A DNA stretch of 64,000 nucleotides. Source: an uncultured bacterium. GTDB taxonomy: Bacteria; Chloroflexota; UBA5177; JANWHV01. Of the stretch, positions 60,301 to 64,000 are shown piece by piece (the stretch's first letter is position 1; the number at the start of each line of letters is the position of its first letter). Location: assembly GCA_963827235.1 (NCBI GenBank), contig CAWHAE010000018.1:1-64000 (forward strand), in the 5' to 3' direction. The notes beneath the pieces are model-generated. The model was not told the DNA's origin, did no database searches, and saw nothing but the letters and a program-made list of their open reading frames with translations. The translations under genes were made by a program, and so were the position numbers.

Positions 60301-61590
60301 ATGTTCAGTGCCCAGCATTCGCCACAGGCCCATGCACGGGGCTCTTGGCGGCTTCTAGCGGCAGGTGCGCTGCTGATCGGCCTTGCCGGCTGGCAGGGCA
60401 CGCCGCGCGCGCACGCCGCCACCACGGTCGTTACCTATTGGACGTATCAGCAATCGTCGAAGGACATCAACGCCGCCACCGACGCCACGATCAAGACGTT
60501 TGAGCAACAGAATCCCGGCGTCACCGTGAAGACGACCGTCTTCCCCTATGCGGTATATCGCGACAAGCTGCTCACGGCCGTGAAAGGCGGCCAAGCACCC
60601 GATATCGCGGCCATCGATCAGATCTGGACCTCGGAGTTTGCCGCGTCCGGCAACATTCTCCCGCTCGATTCCTACGTCGCCAAATCCAGCATCATCAAGC
60701 CCTCCGCATTCTTCACCGGCGCCTGGCAGTCAGTAACCTACCGCGGCAAGGTATGGGGCGTTCCGCAGAGCGACGACGTCTGGGAGCAGCTCTACTATAA
60801 CAAGGACATGTTCGCCAAGGCGGGTATCAAGAGTCCTCCGCGCACGTGGACTGAGCTGCTGGCCGACGGCAAGAAGCTCACGCATGCTCCCAACCAGTAT
60901 GGCCTGGCCCTGCTCGGCGACCAGGGCGAAGACACGATCTGCACCATCGACTCCTTCATCTTCTCCAACGGCGGACACGTGCTCAGCTCTGACGGCACGA
61001 AGGCAGTGATCAACAGCCCGGCGGCCGTACAGGCGATCAAGCTCTACCAGAGTCTGGCCGCCATCGCACCTGCTGGCACGGTGAACCGCGCCGAGGCGGA
61101 TGCCGCCAGCCTGTTCACCGCCGGCAAAGTGGCGATGACCCTCGACGGCTCGTGGCAGCAGGACACCTACAACAGCCAGGGCGGCAGCAAGCTGAACTGG
61201 GGTGTCGCAGTGCCGCCCGCGCCGGCAGGCAAGAGCTTCCGCGGTACACTGGGCGGCTGGAACATGGTGGTCTTCAAGCAGTCGTCCCATCCGGATGCTG
61301 CCTGGAAGTTCGTCGAGTACATGGGTGAGACGAACCCGCAGATTGCCATTGCCTCCATTTCGCCGGCCCGCATGGATGCCGCGCAGGTCTTCATCAACAG
61401 CAAGCGTGCCGGCGCCAGTGTGCTGCTGCAGACGCTGAAGATGGGCTTGCCGCGCGACCTCTCACCAATCTACCCGCAGATCTCTACCATCGAGCAGTCG
61501 ATGGTGCAGAGCATTCTCACGGGCACGGACGCGCAGACCGCCGCCGACAAGGCGGCCAGCGACATGAACAGCGCCCTGCAATCGGAATAG
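60301..61590 (+). CDS. Carbohydrate ABC transporter substrate-binding protein
   Basis: AAGGAG RBS, signal peptide ending AHA, FEQQNPGV, APDI, LYYNKDMF, GGWN. Confidence 0.92.
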   Translation: MFSAQHSPQAHARGSWRLLAAGALLIGLAGWQGTPRAHAATTVVTYWTYQQSSKDINAATDATIKTFEQQNPGVTVKTTVFPYAVYRDKLLTAVKGGQAPDIAAIDQIWTSEFAASGNILPLDSYVAKSSIIKPSAFFTGAWQSVTYRGKVWGVPQSDDVWEQLYYNKDMFAKAGIKSPPRTWTELLADGKKLTHAPNQYGLALLGDQGEDTICTIDSFIFSNGGHVLSSDGTKAVINSPAAVQAIKLYQSLAAIAPAGTVNRAEADAASLFTAGKVAMTLDGSWQQDTYNSQGGSKLNWGVAVPPAPAGKSFRGTLGGWNMVVFKQSSHPDAAWKFVEYMGETNPQIAIASISPARMDAAQVFINSKRAGASVLLQTLKMGLPRDLSPIYPQISTIEQSMVQSILTGTDAQTAADKAASDMNSALQSE

Positions 61591-61684
61591 GATAGCAAGA
61601 CCCCGCCCCTGGTCCTGTACGGGGGCTGTGCCACCGTCCACGCCGGTGCGGCGTGGACGGTGGCCGCGGGTCGGAAGAGACGCC

Positions 61685-62608
61685 ATGCTAGATTCCGTCT
61701 CCAATCGCGCGCCTCGCCGCAGCATGCAGCCGCAGGTGCAGGAAGCTGCGCTGGGCTACTTCCTCATCCTTCCGGCGATGCTCTTGATCGTGGTTCTGAT
61801 CGGCGTGCCGCTGGTCAAGGCAGTCAACATCAGCCTTACCAACAGCAGCTTCATCAATCCAACGCCGAGCTTCGTCGGCCTGCGCAACTTCGACAACCTG
61901 CTCCACCAGGACGTCTTCTGGCAGATCGTGCGTACGTCGCTGATCTGGACCTCGGCAATCGTGGTCGGGCAGCTCGTCCTGGGCTATGCGACCGCCCTCT
62001 TGCTCAACCAGGAGTTCGTCGGCCGCGGCTTGGTCCGGGCGCTGCTCATCCTGCCCTGGGTCTGCCCCGGCGTGATCGCCGCCATCGTCTGGCGAGTGAT
62101 CGCCGATCCGTACCTGGGCCCAATCAACGCGGCGCCGAGCTGGATCGGTCTGCCCCACGGGTTCGTCGCGTGGCTGGCGCAGCCCGACACGGCTCTTGCC
62201 ATGGTGATCGTGGCCGGGATCTGGAAGGGCACAGGCTTCAGCACGGTCATGTATCTTGCTGCGCTGCAGGGTGTGCCCGCAGAGACGCTGGAAGCGGCGA
62301 CGATCGACGGCGCCGGCGCCTGGGCTCGCTTGCGCCACGTGGTTCTGCCCCAGACCATGCCTGTCATCCGCATCAATCTCCTCCTCACCACTGTCTGGAC
62401 GTTCAACTATTTCGATCTGATCTACATCATGACGAAGGGCGGGCCGGGAGACAGCACGCAGATCTTCCCGACCTACATATACAAGCTTGCTTTTGACCAG
62501 ATTCGCTACGGCATGGCTTCTGCCTACGGCCTCGTCGCCCTGCTCATTCTGCTCATCTTCAGCGCGATGTACCTCGTCCAGCTCCAGAAAGCGAGGGTAC
62601 TCGACTGA
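61685..62608 (+). CDS. Carbohydrate ABC transporter permease
   Basis: FVGLRNF, LQGVPAETLEAATIDGA, MTKGGP. Confidence 0.93.
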   Translation: MLDSVSNRAPRRSMQPQVQEAALGYFLILPAMLLIVVLIGVPLVKAVNISLTNSSFINPTPSFVGLRNFDNLLHQDVFWQIVRTSLIWTSAIVVGQLVLGYATALLLNQEFVGRGLVRALLILPWVCPGVIAAIVWRVIADPYLGPINAAPSWIGLPHGFVAWLAQPDTALAMVIVAGIWKGTGFSTVMYLAALQGVPAETLEAATIDGAGAWARLRHVVLPQTMPVIRINLLLTTVWTFNYFDLIYIMTKGGPGDSTQIFPTYIYKLAFDQIRYGMASAYGLVALLILLIFSAMYLVQLQKARVLD

Positions 62609-63456
62609 TGGCAGCGCGACACGCGGCGTCCCAACCTCGCCGTTGGCTCCGCGGCACCGGCGTGTACACGGCCGTGATCCTGGTCGTCGTGTTCTTTCTG
62701 TTTCCCTTCTTCTGGATGATCTCGATGGCGCTCAAGCCGTCTGTAGAGATCTTCGCCTTTCCGCCTACCCCGTTCCCCATCCATCCCACACTGCACAACT
62801 TCCGCGTCGCCCTCGACACCACGTTCCTGCGCTACGCGCTGAACAGCCTGATCGTCGCCGTGTCCACGACGCTGGTCACCGTGCCGGCAGCGCTGCTCTG
62901 TGCCTACAGCTTCACCAGGCTGCGGTTTCCGGGCCGCGCGCAGCTTCTCGGTCTGATCATTACCACGCAGATGCTGCCTCTCGCTGTGCTGGTCGTGCCC
63001 ATGTACGAGATCATGGGCGACTGGCACCTGCTGAACACGTACGTCGCGCTGATCGTGGCCTACCTCACCTTTACGGTGCCCGTGGCGGTGTGGCTGATGC
63101 GCGGCTTCCTGGCCGGCTTGCCCGTGGAGCTGGAAGAAGCGGCGCAAATCGACGGCTGCACGCGTATCGGCTCGTTCTTTCGCGTCATCGTGCCGATCAG
63201 CGGGCCGGGCATCGCTGCCACTGCTACGTACGTGTTCTTCCTCTCCTGGCAGGAATTCCTGTTCGCGCTTGCTTTCATGTCCGGCGACATGCAGACTTTG
63301 CCGGTGGGCGTGCTCGGCTACATCGGCGAGCATACTACCGATTGGGGCCAGCTTATGGCCGCATCGTCGCTGGTCTGTCTCCCGGTACTGGTGATTTTCC
63401 TGTTCCTGCAACGGCAGTTCATAGCCGGCCTGGTACAGGGAAGCGTGAAGGGATAG
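62608..63456 (+). CDS. Carbohydrate ABC transporter permease
   Basis: LPVELEEAAQIDGC, WQEFLFA, QRQFIAGL; TGATG translational coupling. Confidence 0.93.
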   Translation: MAARHAASQPRRWLRGTGVYTAVILVVVFFLFPFFWMISMALKPSVEIFAFPPTPFPIHPTLHNFRVALDTTFLRYALNSLIVAVSTTLVTVPAALLCAYSFTRLRFPGRAQLLGLIITTQMLPLAVLVVPMYEIMGDWHLLNTYVALIVAYLTFTVPVAVWLMRGFLAGLPVELEEAAQIDGCTRIGSFFRVIVPISGPGIAATATYVFFLSWQEFLFALAFMSGDMQTLPVGVLGYIGEHTTDWGQLMAASSLVCLPVLVIFLFLQRQFIAGLVQGSVKG

Positions 63457-63462
63457 TAGTCT

Positions 63463-64000
63463 ATGCGCCTCGCGGACAAAGTAGCGATCGTCACCGGCGC
63501 CGCCTCCGGCATTGGCAGCGGTATTGCAGCCTTGTTCGCGCAGGAAGGCGCGCGGGTCGTGATCGCGGACGTCGATTCCGTCCATGGCCCTGAGCTGGCC
63601 GCACGGCTGGGCGCCGAGCGGGCACGATTCGTGCGTACCGACGTCGCCGATGGTGTGCAGGTGCGTGCCCTAGTCGACCAGACTATCGACGCGTTCGGCG
63701 GCCTCGACATCCTGGTGAATGGCGCCGCGATCGTCATCTTCAAGCGTCTCGTGGACACGGAGGAGGCGGAGTGGGATCGCGTGATCGCCACCAACCTGCG
63801 TAGCGTCTACCTGTGCTGTCGCTACGCCATTCCTCGCATACTGGCTCGGGGTGGGGGCGCCATCGTCAATATCTCCTCGGTACGCGCCCTGGCCACCACG
63901 CCGCTGGTCTCCAGCTACGACGCCACGAAGGGAGCCATCCTCTCGCTCACGCGCAGCCTGGCGCTGGAACATGCGCGCGACCACATTCGCGTGAACTGCA
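63463..64000 (+). CDS. Short-chain dehydrogenase/reductase (runs off the window; not in the supplied ORF track)
   Basis: MRLADKVAIVTGAASGIG, LDILVNGA, IVNISS, YDATKG. Confidence 0.9.
   Translation, partial: MRLADKVAIVTGAASGIGSGIAALFAQEGARVVIADVDSVHGPELAARLGAERARFVRTDVADGVQVRALVDQTIDAFGGLDILVNGAAIVIFKRLVDTEEAEWDRVIATNLRSVYLCCRYAIPRILARGGGAIVNISSVRALATTPLVSSYDATKGAILSLTRSLALEHARDHIRVNC

Noticed and set aside
1-64000. CRISPR arrays, tRNA/rRNA genes, IS elements, prophage or known defence systems
   Set aside because: No spaced repeats, cloverleaf or rRNA motifs, transposase/integrase or phage structural motifs seen by eye; the NB-ARC-like remnant is a regulator-type pseudogene

Overview
GC-rich bacterial chromosomal window. 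A Chloroflexota-like origin is inferred from gene families and is not proven. From left to right: (1) an envelope-glycan cluster with a heptose pathway (hddA-like kinase, gmhB, divergent gmhA-like isomerase), a polyprenyl-phosphate sugar transferase, a GalU-like nucleotidyltransferase, an acetyltransferase, a methyltransferase and an acyl carrier protein; (2) two sensor kinases, an OmpR-type regulator and small downstream genes preceded by 11-bp-phased repeats; (3) a tightly coupled pair of giant genes with no family I can name (about 1,830 aa with a twin-arginine leader, and about 1,460 aa with no leader), which is the best candidate for an undescribed system; (4) a zone of decayed genes and secreted repeat proteins (NHL/LCCL, LTxxQ plus DUF5666-like, a four-repeat Cys-paired protein, SH3b); (5) transport and redox genes; (6) a LacI-controlled arabinan/arabinoside locus (GH51, GH43-like, ABC transporter); (7) a secreted HExxH peptidase; (8) a locus with an IclR/sugar-binding fusion regulator, a URO-D-like enzyme, an (alpha/alpha)6 glycosidase-like protein, an ABC transporter and an SDR. 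Several single-base frameshifts in otherwise intact genes suggest uncorrected long-read indels. I recognised no rRNA, tRNA, CRISPR array, integrase or transposase. All calls come from reading motifs by eye; no database search was run.
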